A stretch of 63,993 nt of DNA, the filler included, from Porpidia crustulata (taxonomy: Eukaryota): assembly GCA_964255105.1 (NCBI GenBank). It is 13 parts of 13 records of this genome, joined end to end, with 100 filler letters (N's around TTAATTAATTAA, not from the genome) between each part and the next. Parts side by side here need not be neighbours in the genome. Positions count along the whole stretch, not along the records: positions 49,865 to 54,725 come from CAXUWE010001977.1; positions 54,826 to 59,684 come from CAXUWE010001978.1; positions 59,785 to 63,993 come from CAXUWE010002129.1; 10 more parts are not named here. One strand, given 5' to 3'. Both the position numbers and the translations under genes were made by a program. Under the pieces are notes generated by a model. That model saw nothing but the letters and a program-made list of their open reading frames with translations, was not told the DNA's origin and searched no databases. How positions within the stretch are numbered: the stretch's first letter is position 1; each line of letters starts with the position of its first letter. This document shows, in pieces, positions 52,646 through 63,993 of the stretch.

Positions 52646-55600
52646 GATACCGATGTTTGATGACATTCTATCATGAGTATCGAGGTTTGGCTTAAGTGTA
52701 GCAACCTCAATCAGTGGTTTCCATAGAATACTATACGCGGAATATTTCCGCCATCGAACCGGCCCTCGGGCTTCAGAAAAGTTCTCTTGGCAGATGAAAT
52801 ATGATAACTACTTTCCCCACCAAATTCGCTGAATTCCGAAATCGGAACCAGAATTTCGAATACAACGGTACCAGATACACAGAAGTAGCTTTCTATGTTA
52901 TGATGTTCAGCTGACTTTGGACGTTGTTCTCGATATGTCGCTGAAAAGCCCTCCGAGTAGTCTACAATTGAAAAATGGAGGTGATATGTACTATCGGAGA
53001 TGTACTTGCGCACTTGATCAACGAATATCAGCGCTACAAGACTACATCACCACCATTATTGATCCCTTAGGAAGCTTCACTACTACAACAAAGATTTGTG
53101 TTGGGCCAGAGGAGATGTCGGGAAGGGGCGCTCTCCTCTGACAAGTTACACACTACGCCGGTCGTAGAACCTTTGTGATGAGAGTACTGCGCAAGACTTC
53201 GTCGACCACCGAAGAGAGCATGTGGCGACCATTGGAAGGCATAGAGATGTAGAGTATCGCCAGCTCAATTACCTAGGACATCACTATGCGCTTTGTCGAG
53301 CCCATCGTGGTTGAAAGCGCTACAAGCGGAAGTGATTTTATTGCTTCTAAGCAAATCAACAATGAGCCATCCTCTGGCTAGACCGCTACAGAAGACTTCT
53401 GAAGTAGTCTCATCTCATCGACAATGCGGTCATTGGCGGTAGAAAAACCCCGCTCATATAATAAATTTAACAGTCGACGAACAAGCCATTTCAGTCAAAA
53501 GACGAAGCTATTCCAAGCCGGCCTCAGCTGAAAAAGCGCTTCGGGGTCGGCAAGATTTCTATCAGTATCTCCTCCGTGTCTCATGGCAGGGTAAGTCTGG
53601 TGCGCTTCATTCGGCATTGATATGAGATTTCTCTCACTCCTCAACTCCTGTTTCAGTGTTGGGACCCGCTTCATGAGTATCTTCGTTCGATTTTCCTTCT
53701 TCACGCGCATTCGAAAGGTCTTAACATACACATATAGAGAGAATGCTCAATGTTCCCCAGGTCTTGGACGCCGGCGAGCTTGGCTAAATTACTCACATGG
53801 GGCCGAACCTCTCGTGTGCCTTTGTGTAAATTAACCTCAAAGAAAGTGACGCCAAAGCAATCATCACCGGGATTCTTTACTTGGTTAGCGCCGAATAACG
53901 TGCCGTTAAAAGTTTCATTTTCGACAAGTCGACCAATGAGATGTCTTCATTGTTGTCGCGAGCCATTCACGGTTCCCCTTTTCCGTTCACACGCGAAATT
54001 AAGGATGTACAATGTGCTACCGAGAAGCTTCACTTGTGCATCCGTCCAAGGGGCCAAATAAGGTAGTGAATCTACTGCGAGATTGCGTGCAGCGTGACTT
54101 GACATGACTTTGCCTTGCGGGGTGATGAATCTGGGGCAGAAATCGAAAAGAGGCTTAGGCCTAGATGCTTTGCGACGATGCTCAACATCTCCCGTTTCAT
54201 TTCGTTCTATCTATTCTCTTCCTCACCCTCATACATTCTTCCTGCCGCCCTGCTGTTACTCGTGTTTCCTCTTCTTGCGCAAAAATAACATCACGCTCCT
54301 TTTGCTTTTGACATCTTTGTCGTCCACTCTTTGTTGCTGTCAAGTCAATCATATCAACAAGACGCTCATTGCCAGACGATCCAATTCATTGTTTACCTGA
54401 GCTTATTCACAATCAGTTGCTATTGTTGACCTGCACCTCGCATTATCACTTGCGCAATCTATCTTTAGTCAAACAATCGAACAAAGAATACAACATCCAC
54501 ACCGTGGCGCACGCAATATCACAGCATCCATATCCACAGCGGAAACCCCATCGCTTGCTCAAGCAACCGCTATCGCGCACATCAGCATAAACCAAATCAC
54601 ATCGTTTTGCCTCGTCCGAAGTCTCGACCGACATCGCGCATAACCACAAACCCTCACACACCAACCACCCAACAACCAAAGTATTACCACGCACCGCGCA
54701 AAGATGCACCTCACCTCCCTCCTTCNNNNNNNNNNNNNNNNNNNNNNNNNNNNNNNNNNNNNNNNNNNNTTAATTAATTAANNNNNNNNNNNNNNNNNNN
54801 NNNNNNNNNNNNNNNNNNNNNNNNNGTTAGGGGAAGGGGGATTTTTGTGAGGGGAGTGTTTTGGTGTGGGTATGAGAGGGGATTTTTGGTGGTTTGTATT
54901 TGAGGGAAGATGTTTTTTGGTTTGTGGGAGAGGAAATCTGTGGGGTTGACGAGGTATACACAGCCATCATTTCGGGTTTCCGGTTCTTTGAGGTGAGCAG
55001 CCGATGAACTATCAGTGCGAGACATCGAGAAGTATATGTGAACTTTCGTGAAGAATGCGTTCGGATGAAGTGAAAATCAACGCTGAAACAAAAAAACACG
55101 GGAATGAGCAGTTTCGTAGAAGGTGTCCGGGGAATATTGAAGAAAACTTCGCGTGGAGAGCTCCCATAAAACAGAAAGTCACGTAGAAACACAAGAAAAT
55201 ATCACCTAAAGAAGGAATGAGAAAAACATGGAATGAGATGCCACCCCAAGCTCCACAGGATCACAACAAAGAGACCACAAAACCTCATTATTACGTATTG
55301 ATTGCTTCTATCACATCACTGCATCCTCGCCGCAGAGTAACTAGCCGCCATGTCAACAGCGTAGCTTTTCGCTGCTGAATAAAGAGAATTAGCTGCGAAA
55401 TCCGTGCATTGAAAATATCGAAGATGAAAATCGTGCGGAAACGCGAGTGAAGCGCGATGGTATAAAGGGTAGATGCGGGTTTGTGGATAGATTTAGGTTC
55501 ACGCCTTTGTGGGATTTTCGGAGGGGGATGGCGAGAAGGTTTGGTGGGATGGTGGGTTGGAATTGGAAAATCGCTGACAGATATTTTGGGGGAAGGGTCG

Positions 55601-55836
55601 TAGATGTCTTATTTAAGATAGAGGAAGTGGCATGTTTGAGTTGATGATGGGAATTACAGTAACATGACATGAAAATTTTGTCGAAGATGTTGAGAGATAC
55701 CATTGGGCTACGCGAATGTTGAGACTGCAAAGATATTATATCCCAGCGTTCTTGCCGCTTTGACGGATTCGAAACGCTCTTTAAATGATCTCTCCCAGAT
55801 TGGTTTCATCTCGTACTTCCTTCCTTCGCGTCCCAT

Positions 55837-58800
55837 TTAGTCCCTCAATGTCGAGCACTTTACAACCGCCACTTTGCCATTCCGCGGATAGAGCACCGTC
55901 CCATCCATCATGACCGTGCAAAGTGTTACGGAGTCCGGACTAATCCAATCACTAGGGAAGAAGTAATGCTGTTTAATTTCTCTTGTGCCCTTCTCGAGGA
56001 CATCGGTGACATTTGGCATTCGTGGCGTGTTGTTTGAAGGTACGGGTAGGCGCCAGGAGCAGAGCCAATGATTTTGGTCGAGGAAGACGAGGCGGTCCCG
56101 GGAGAGGAAGCTTAAGGGGATTTTGATTTGGGATGTGAGTTCTGAAGAAAGAGATACTGGGTAGAGCTCTTGGCATTCGTCGTCCCTGGGTAAGCTTGAT
56201 GTCGAATTAATTATGCTGTGGAGAGGACGCGGAATAGGTATGATTGTAGATACTGGCTCATCAGAATCTGTGGAAGAGGGTTGGAGTCCTGCAGTAGTTG
56301 GAACTTTTGAGACGTCAAATACAAGCGTTTCCTTCTGTTTCTGACCTTGAATAGCTGGGCATGAGGACTGGACAAGAATAAATGTTCTGTCGTGCGTTAC
56401 TAGCACTCTGTCAATATTCGCCCTTAGTTCCCAGAAGTTGGTTGATGATGACATTCTGTTGCGCGAAATATGCTCCATGACAGCGGATTGGAATATTAAC
56501 TGATTCGTCTGCATCAGGTCTGACCAAGACTAGACAAGCACTTTGCCGGGTCTGAAGGCGAGCAGCAAGCCTTGGTGGGCGGGATGGTTGATCCACTTAT
56601 ACATACTAGTCGCTTCTGGCATCTTTTGAGGATGGAAAATCGACCTTGAGGCTAGTGAAATTGTACTGACAGTCGAACTCGTGTAAACCAGTACCGCATT
56701 CGACTCAGGGTGGAAAAGGAGCTGGCAGACCGCTCCTCCGGCAATCTTAATTGCGAGCTCGGATTTCGACTCCATCTACCAAAATCCTTTGGGTCCAAGA
56801 GTCCGACTCACGGAATTGAAAAAGATTGTACGACTCAGATCAGTAAAGCTAATGTACTTTCCGTCATCGCTCCAAGCGACATGCTGAATACCCATGAAGA
56901 TCTCTGGGTTTCGTAACTCGAGGACAGTGCTTGTGGTAGTCTCTAGGATTTTCATCAATCCGCTCTTTGTACCAAAACAGTAGATACAACCACTAGGTTG
57001 AGCAGCTGACGCGGTCACAGAGTCAAAATCGCCAGCGATCCTGAGCGCCGCCGTATCTATGCGCTCTTCAGTATCACTAAGACCTTCAGCTGACGCCGAG
57101 AGGTGTAGCAAGACGTCAGGCTCCCAGACATTACCGTAGGAGCCTCGAATGTCGTAAAGACGGCGAGAATCTGGCGCAAAACAAAGGTCAAACACCGAGT
57201 CCTGCAAGGCAAACTGATACACCAGCTTGAAGTCGGCAAGGCCATACAACTTTATTATGCCGTGAGGATTACCAGCGGCTAGAATCCTGACTGACCACGA
57301 TGGAAGTTGCGCCTGTATGAAGTTCTTGTGTCTCATCAAGATACGGATGCCAGCGAAAAATAACGCCCTCAAGGTAGAGACCGATAACCTCACCGGTGTG
57401 TGGATGCCAGATGAGCTGGACAACTTCTCCCCAAGCAACCCTGACAATGCTCCTGGTTTGATAATCAAAAACACGGAAGCAATTTCCTACCAGCTTGGGC
57501 CCCTCGGCCTCCCATACGCTTACTGGATGACCTCGATATCCAAGAGCTACTTTGTGACCGTGTGCGTTCAGTGCCATACAAGAGGGTAAATTGACTACTG
57601 TACCCTCTAGGGCTTGCTCATTGATGTCAACGGCCCATCGCCAGGCTATCGCAGTGCCTTCCAAAGACAACGATTGTATCCTGCGATCGTCAGTCCCCAC
57701 CAAGACTTTATCGTCATCATCAGTAAAAATGATTGTGTGTGGATGAGGTCGATTGATCGGGTTCTGAACGGACCCGACACAATTACCTAATTTAACCTCC
57801 CATGCTTTCGTAGTAAGATAGCCATATGTCACGAGGAGGGTCCCCAATAAGTTGAACTGCATCCGAAGAACCCTTTCACCGTGTTGTTTCCGTCGACTTT
57901 GCGTACGTAGAGGCGTGATAGATGATTACAGTTTCAGAGGAACACATTATCGCGATCCAGCTTCCAGCTGCTCTGATTGACGTAACGCGGATACCGGGGC
58001 CAAATGGGAGCCGTGCTAATGAGTCGTCTCAGCTAAATAATGATTGTTCAGTTACTATGAGTGAGTTGCTTTCTTTTTTTCCGAATTGTTGATACATGAC
58101 AGATTCTTCTGGACAGAAAGGCGGTATTAATTTGTAGATCGATTCAGGGTTCCTCAAGGTTTGTCCTACATTTACCAACGATCTTAACGAGATCTATAGC
58201 CCAGGTTTTCAAGTAGGCCTTTTGTGAGGGGTTCTTTTCGCTACGCCTTGAGGCAAAATTTGATATTTGCGGGGAAGCTAGAAGAAGGATTTGTAGTCGT
58301 TTGGCTTGAGCCAGATATTGTATCCAAGTCAGCACTGACGAGGCCTTGAGAGATGTCATCAATATATGAAAGGTTCCAGAAGATGAGGCAGAGCTGTATG
58401 ATAAATGATAGAACCATGAAGTTGCCGCGTAGTCCAGGAATACCGGAGCTTCCCTTCGATTTATCTTCGATTGAAGTCCGAAGTCTGTTAGACAAGACAT
58501 GCAGCGCAGGAAGAGCTGTTCGTGGGCGGAGCTTGGATTTATGTTGAAAGGTCGAGTCTGATCATCAGTCAGGTACTCGCACGCAGTCTGGTGGATCATG
58601 ATAACATTTCCTCTGTTGTCAATATTAACGAACCCACCACAAAGATCATCAATTGAGCGCTGGAGGTCTCAAGACCTCGAATTCGAGAGCTAGTGACAGC
58701 TCTTCGATTGTCAATGGTTGTAAAGCGCATGCTGCCCAAGCTAAAATATTTGATGCTAGTTTCTGGTCGCCTTCCCGAGGAAGCGCCGCAATAGACTGAG

Positions 58801-58925
58801 CCATACAATCATACAGGGCTTCCATACTAGAATATGACTGCCGGAGAGCATTTCCAACATTGACTACCGTGTGGTAGTCGTTCATCCTCCATCTTCCAAA
58901 ATGTACCTATAGAAAGTTACCTTAT
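55837..58925 (-). pseudogene. Decayed NACHT-WD40 (NLR-like STAND) gene, C-terminal part
   Basis: Fragments in several frames: GNFL*V, ILAWAACALQPLTIEELSLAL (winged helix), MIHQTACEYL, FLDYAATSWFYHL, WAIDLVKIVGK, then WD-like repeats (VFDLCFAPDSRRLYDIRG, VAWSDDGKY) and ...YPRNGKVAVVKC. Multiple stops and frameshifts; no P-loop seen. Confidence 0.8.
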
Positions 58926-60420
58926 AGAGAGTGAATTAAGTGGCGATGAGCTCGAGAATGAATTACTTTGATGAGGAGCTGATGCTGATTAGTGAAGACT
59001 GGTCAAGTGTTTCGACTTGCTTCTAGCAGCTTTTTTCCCAAGACTTCGCACATCTGTCATCTCTTATACCAGCTTTCTCTTATACCAGCCATCTGCCATG
59101 TATATATGGTAAAGCCACCCTTTTTTCTTCTTCTTCTTCTTTGGTTACAGCTTCTACAATTTTATTATCAATACATCATGTCGAAAGTATTTTATGAGCT
59201 ACATAGAAATGAGAACGTGGCAGCGAGCCATGGCAATGCTGGAATCCATGACGGCTTCCCCATGAACGAGGCTATGATCGAAGGTGAAAATCCATCTGAC
59301 ATCTGTTGATTGGAATTCACTAAAAGACTCTATCAGCAAGGTTCAAAGGGACAAAGATGACCCCTGTACAAGCATACGGACACTCTGTCTGGAAAATTGC
59401 TGGAAGAATTTCCGCCATCTTGCCCGATTGAACACCCAAGAGATATTCTGATGAGCGAAATGCGAAAGCTCTTATCCTGTGCCAACCTACTCTATATATA
59501 TCACCTTCGAACACTCCCTCTCAATATATGGAGTGGATATGCTATATATGAGAAGTTGTTCCTTTCGCAAGGTCGAATATTCATCTTATACAGCACATTC
59601 CTCTATCGGCACTATATATATATATCAACTTTGTTGAGATATATGATGGGCTGACTTAGGGTGAAAAGGGTTGTGGATTGAGTCNNNNNNNNNNNNNNNN
59701 NNNNNNNNNNNNNNNNNNNNNNNNNNNNTTAATTAATTAANNNNNNNNNNNNNNNNNNNNNNNNNNNNNNNNNNNNNNNNNNNNGAGTATTTGGGAGTGT
59801 GATTGGGAGGACGTGGGGGTTGCGAAGGGGTCGGTTTGTTCGTGACAGGAAACCGGGTAAGTGTGAACGGTTTTTCTCATTTGCGTGGAGAAGCAGATGC
59901 GGGGTTTTTTCTATGGTGGTTTGCTTTGGTATGGGATGCTGCCTTGGTCTTGGATGATACCCGCTGATATATAGCTTTGTATTACGAGAGATATAGAGGC
60001 TTGGATCTTGTGGATTTACATGTCGGCTTGGCTAGCTTTGCTGTTGACCGCTTGACGGCTGTGTCTCGGTTTGCTTGGATAGCCAGATATCACTAGGTCT
60101 CAGACGAGACCAGAGCAGAATTAGCGCGCTCACTACATATCCAATGCCTGACTGTATGTCCAGCGGAAGCTCTAGCATACGGGCGAGAAGATGGCGACAA
60201 GGACGGGAGAGAAGAATAGGGTAAAAATCGAACCTCGAACGCCACGCTTGGAGAAGAACTTTTGAAGATTCTCCACGTAAAATACACGGCGCCTCGCACG
60301 CAACTCAGTCTCACTCTGTTGGCGAAGGAGTCGGTGCCCACAATATCAATGAACCCGGGGTGAATTGATCATCGAGCTGGCGGCCACGAGTCTCCAGTCT
60401 TTAGTCAGCACCGTCATCGT

Positions 60421-61496
60421 TCAGACACTGCCATTGTTGTCCACAAAGTTATTGCGGTTCTGCGTAAAGACGACGTGTTTCTCGTAGAACTGCAGCATCT
60501 AGAGTCGCAAGGTCAGCCATTTCCGCAGCTTTCGCAGGATGGAAATCCTCAGTCATACCCGTTGCGGACACGTCTGGTTACAGGTAGGAACCTTGGCTTT
60601 CGACCGGTAGAACCGGCCGTCGTTGTTTTTCTCGTTCCAGACCAGATAGGCCCACAGTTCTCCGTCGTCATCTTTTTCGATGGTGTCGATGGCTTGCACC
60701 ATTGGGTCCCAGGCGTCCTTGTCCGGCGGCGGGGGTTTCCAGTCGTCGTCGCCGACGGTGGTGAGGCCGATGGGCGGCTCGGGGGTTTGGTCGAGGCTTA
60801 GGGTTTGTGCGCTCTTGCGCCCTCGCTTTTGCTTTTTGGGCTGTTCTGAGGCGCCGTTTCCGAGGCTTGCGCGGCTGCGTTTCTTCGACAGCTTGGTGGT
60901 TGCAGTTGGCTTGCCGCCGATTTTCTTCCAGTAGGCTTCGAGGACGAGACGGGCGCCTCTGTCAATTGGTGAGATATTGTACCTCGTTAAGGGGGTTGGG
61001 GAGCTTGCGAAGGGGGCTTACTCCAGGTTCTCTTCGCTCTCCCAGGTTCTGTCGGACTTTTTCTCGTAGCCTTTCCACTTTACGTTGTATCGCATCAGTC
61101 CCTAATTGCAATGATGTTAGCACATGCATAGTTGAGCTTCTCAGGGCAGAGCAGCCCACATCTTCAAAATCACTACGGTGGTCCATAATAGATTCCACAA
61201 CGTAGCTACCCGATTTTGTCAGTCATTCTCCACTCCTAAGAGAGCCGTACACTAACATCTCCTCGTCGTTGTCTTCTTCCTCGTCATGCTCTTCGTCTCC
61301 GACCTCTTCCACAGCCGCGTCTTTGAGTTCCTCGTCCACTTGGGCGGATGGTGATTCAAGCGGAGTATGGGGAATTGCTTCTACCACAGATTCTGTATCA
61401 CTTTCTTCGGGTAAAGGCGCTGAAGGAAAGATATGTAAGCTGGAATTCATGATCTGCATTGCATAGTGACTTAAAGGAGTGAGCTTTACGAGGCAT
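60421..61496 (-). CDS. HP1: Heterochromatin protein 1 (chromo + chromoshadow domains), multi-exon
   Basis: Spliced: acidic N-terminus, EEI|YVVESIMDH, RYNVKWKGYEKKSDRTWESEENL, basic hinge, WDPMVQAIDTIE...AYLVW...CPQR|MLQFYEKHVVF. Largely missed by the ORF track. Confidence 0.88.
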
Positions 61497-61910
61497 TGTG
61501 ACGTATGAGTGTGGGTCCTGGCAAAGGTGTGCGGTTGCGGACTTTAGCTACAAGTGACACAGCTCAGACTTTAATTGACAATAAAACGGTGATAGTCTGA
61601 CTATCGGTATTGTATCGCGCTGTGATGTAGGTGGTGGACAGTGGTGATTGTCGCAAAACATAAGTAAGAGTTCGCGCTTCAGATTGAAGAACCTCGCAGT
61701 CGCGTGAAAACGGAGCTAGTACATTTGTGGAAAAAAGCTTTAGCGGGAGGCACGTCCTCCAGGCTTTCTCTCTGCCATGAACAGAATTCCTTAATAGGCG
61801 CAAAATAGTCGTTGCTCTGACCTATCGCCTAAACTACTCATGCTCATCACCAGTTTCTGAAAGAGGAGCTCTGAGGGAGAAAGTAGTTCGGCCTCGGAGC
61901 CAGTGATAAA

Positions 61911-63813
61911 ATGGCTATGAGTAGGTCTCCAATATCTTTTCTTCTCTTGAACTGAAAATAGAGTGACTGACTTGATACCGACAGATCTTGATATGTCAAA
62001 TGGTATGGTCCATTCAGCTAAACGATTGAACAGGCCTCCGCGGCTGAACAGTATAATATAGCGGCCGTGATGAAAGATGAGCAAGGCCGGCCCTTCATAG
62101 TAGTCCGAGATCAAGGAAAAAAGAAAAGACAGCACGGAAACGATGCGGTAAAATCACATATTCTTGCAGCGAGGACGGTAGCGAATATTGTAAGAACTTC
62201 GCTAGGACCAAGAGGATTAGACAAAATTCTCATATCCCCGGACGGAGATATCACGGTCACAAACGATGGCGCTACAATTCTATCACAGATGGAGATATCG
62301 AATCATGTTGCAAAACTACTAGTTGAGCTCTCAAAATCTCAAGATGATGAGATAGGAGATGGCACAACCGGTGTGGTGGTTTTGGCAGGAGCTTTATTAG
62401 AGCAAGCTGCAGACTTGATCGACAAGGGCATACATCCTATACGAATAGCGGACGGCTATGATGAGGCTTGCGAAGTTGCCGTCGCCGAATTGGACAAGAT
62501 TAGTGACAAAGTCGAGTTTACAAAGGACCGGAGACAGAACCTGTTCGAGGTCGCCAAGACAAGTTTAGGAAGTAAAATCGTCTCGAAAGCTCACGATCAA
62601 TTTGCACAAATAGCCGTCGATGCAATTATGTCTGTTGCAGACCTGGAGAGGAAAGATGTTGACTTTGAATTGATAAAAGTCGATGGCAAGGTTGGAGGTT
62701 CGCTTGAGGATACACTGCTCGTAAAAGGCGTCATAGTAGACAAGGACTTCTCACACCCTCAGATGCCTGATGAAGTACGAGATGCCAAGCTCGCCATCCT
62801 CACATGCGCCTTTGAACCCCCAAAGCCCAAAACGAAACATAAGCTCGATATAACAACAGTCGAAGAATTCAAAAAGCTCCAAAGTTATGAAAAGAATAAA
62901 TTCACCGAAATGATTCAACAAATCAAGGATACCGGTGCTAACCTCGTAATCTGCCAATGGGGCTTCGACGACGAAGCCAACCATCTTCTCCTCCAAAACC
63001 ATCTCCCCGCCGTTCGCTGGGTCGGCGGCCCCGAAATCGAACTCATCGCCATCGCCACAAATGGTCGCATCGTTCCGCGCTTTGAAGACCTCAGCGCTGC
63101 GAAACTCGGTAAAGCGGGCATTGTCCGCGAACTCAGCTTCGGCACTACGCGCGAGAAAATGCTCGTCATCGAGGAATGCGCCAACACGCGTGCCGTGACC
63201 GTATTCGTGCGCGGCAGCAATAAGATGATCATCGATGAGGCGAAGCGCTCGCTGCATGATGCGCTGTGTGTTGTGCGCAATCTGGTCAAGGATAATCGCG
63301 TCGTATATGGCGGCGGGGCGGCGGAAATTGCATGCTCGTTAGCTGTGGAGCAAGCGGCGATCAAGAGTCCAGGGCTCGAGCAGTATGCGATGCGGGCGTT
63401 TGCGGACGCGTTAGATGCGGTGCCGATGGCGCTGGCGGAGAATTCGGGATTGAGTCCTATCGAGACGCTGGCGGAGATCAAGTCAAGGCAGGTCAAGGAG
63501 AAGAATTCAAGGTTAGGGGTGGACTGTATGCAAACCGGTAGCAATGGTGAGCCTTGAAGCCCAGATCCAGGGGCGAGCTATTAGACTGACGGCCATGATG
63601 CATCAGATATGCGCGAGCACTTCGTCATCGATCCCCTGATCGGCAAACGGCAGCAGCTCCTACTCGCCACGCAGTTATGCCGAATGGTGCTCAAGGTCTG
63701 TATTTTACTCCTTTATTCCCCAAACTCACCTACGCTCGTTACCTTATTAACCCGAAAACTCCAAACAGGTCAATCAAGTCATCATCGCCGGCAGCGACGA
63801 AAACGACTTTTAG
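61911..63813 (+). CDS. CCT5: Chaperonin CCT/TRiC epsilon subunit
   Basis: [53 protein letters not shown]. Two short 5' exons and two 3' introns; ends [10 protein letters not shown]. Confidence 0.97.
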
Positions 63814-63993
63814 CAAAATTAGACTTCGGTATGGTTCTAGATAAAAGATATCCTAGCATTAAAAAACGGCGTTTTTTGCACGTGGGGAGGTGCAGGGTAG
63901 TATGGTGATGGATCTGAGCTACTTTGGAAGATCTTTGATGAACGAGTGAACTCGATATCAAATTCCAATTTCTCACATCATCTCACCCTCTTC

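Noticed and set aside
54704..54725. ATG CAC CTC ACC TCC CTC CTT as the start of a secreted protein
   Set aside because: Only seven codons precede the gap, which is insufficient for a call.

Overview
Eukaryotic, intron-containing DNA from a filamentous ascomycete (Pezizomycotina; the exact lineage cannot be fixed from sequence alone). The window is not one locus. It is 13 contigs of about 4.9 kb, sorted by decreasing length and joined by artificial 100-bp N44-TTAATTAATTAA-N44 linkers, so synteny only means something within a contig and many genes are truncated. Most of the content is conserved housekeeping genes, often in head-to-head pairs: PXA2-like ABC transporter/Nor-1-like SDR, POL1/VPS22, MUS81/BRF1, PRMT5(HSL7)/PRP43, SSZ1/RRP40 and HP1/CCT5. 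Also present are CFT2, an RBR E3 ligase, DID2, ETR1 and con-6. Accessory content comprises a secreted Ser/Thr-rich orphan protein, an ankyrin-repeat protein, a reductase-less CYP505-clan P450, an arylsulfotransferase, a decayed NACHT-WD NLR-like gene, and two near-identical 191-bp solo LTRs nested in mutated repeat relics. The best candidate for something undescribed is a 200-nt PRMT5 intron. It carries internal sequences complementary to its own 5' splice site and branch site, competing helices, and a second, frame-shifting donor, which together suggest an RNA-structure splicing switch. Two other signals stand out: repeat relics depleted of CC/GG rather than CpA/TpG (non-canonical RIP-like), and recurrent C-rich to G-rich skew switches that coincide with assembly breaks. 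All gene identities come from recognising motifs by eye; no database searches were run.
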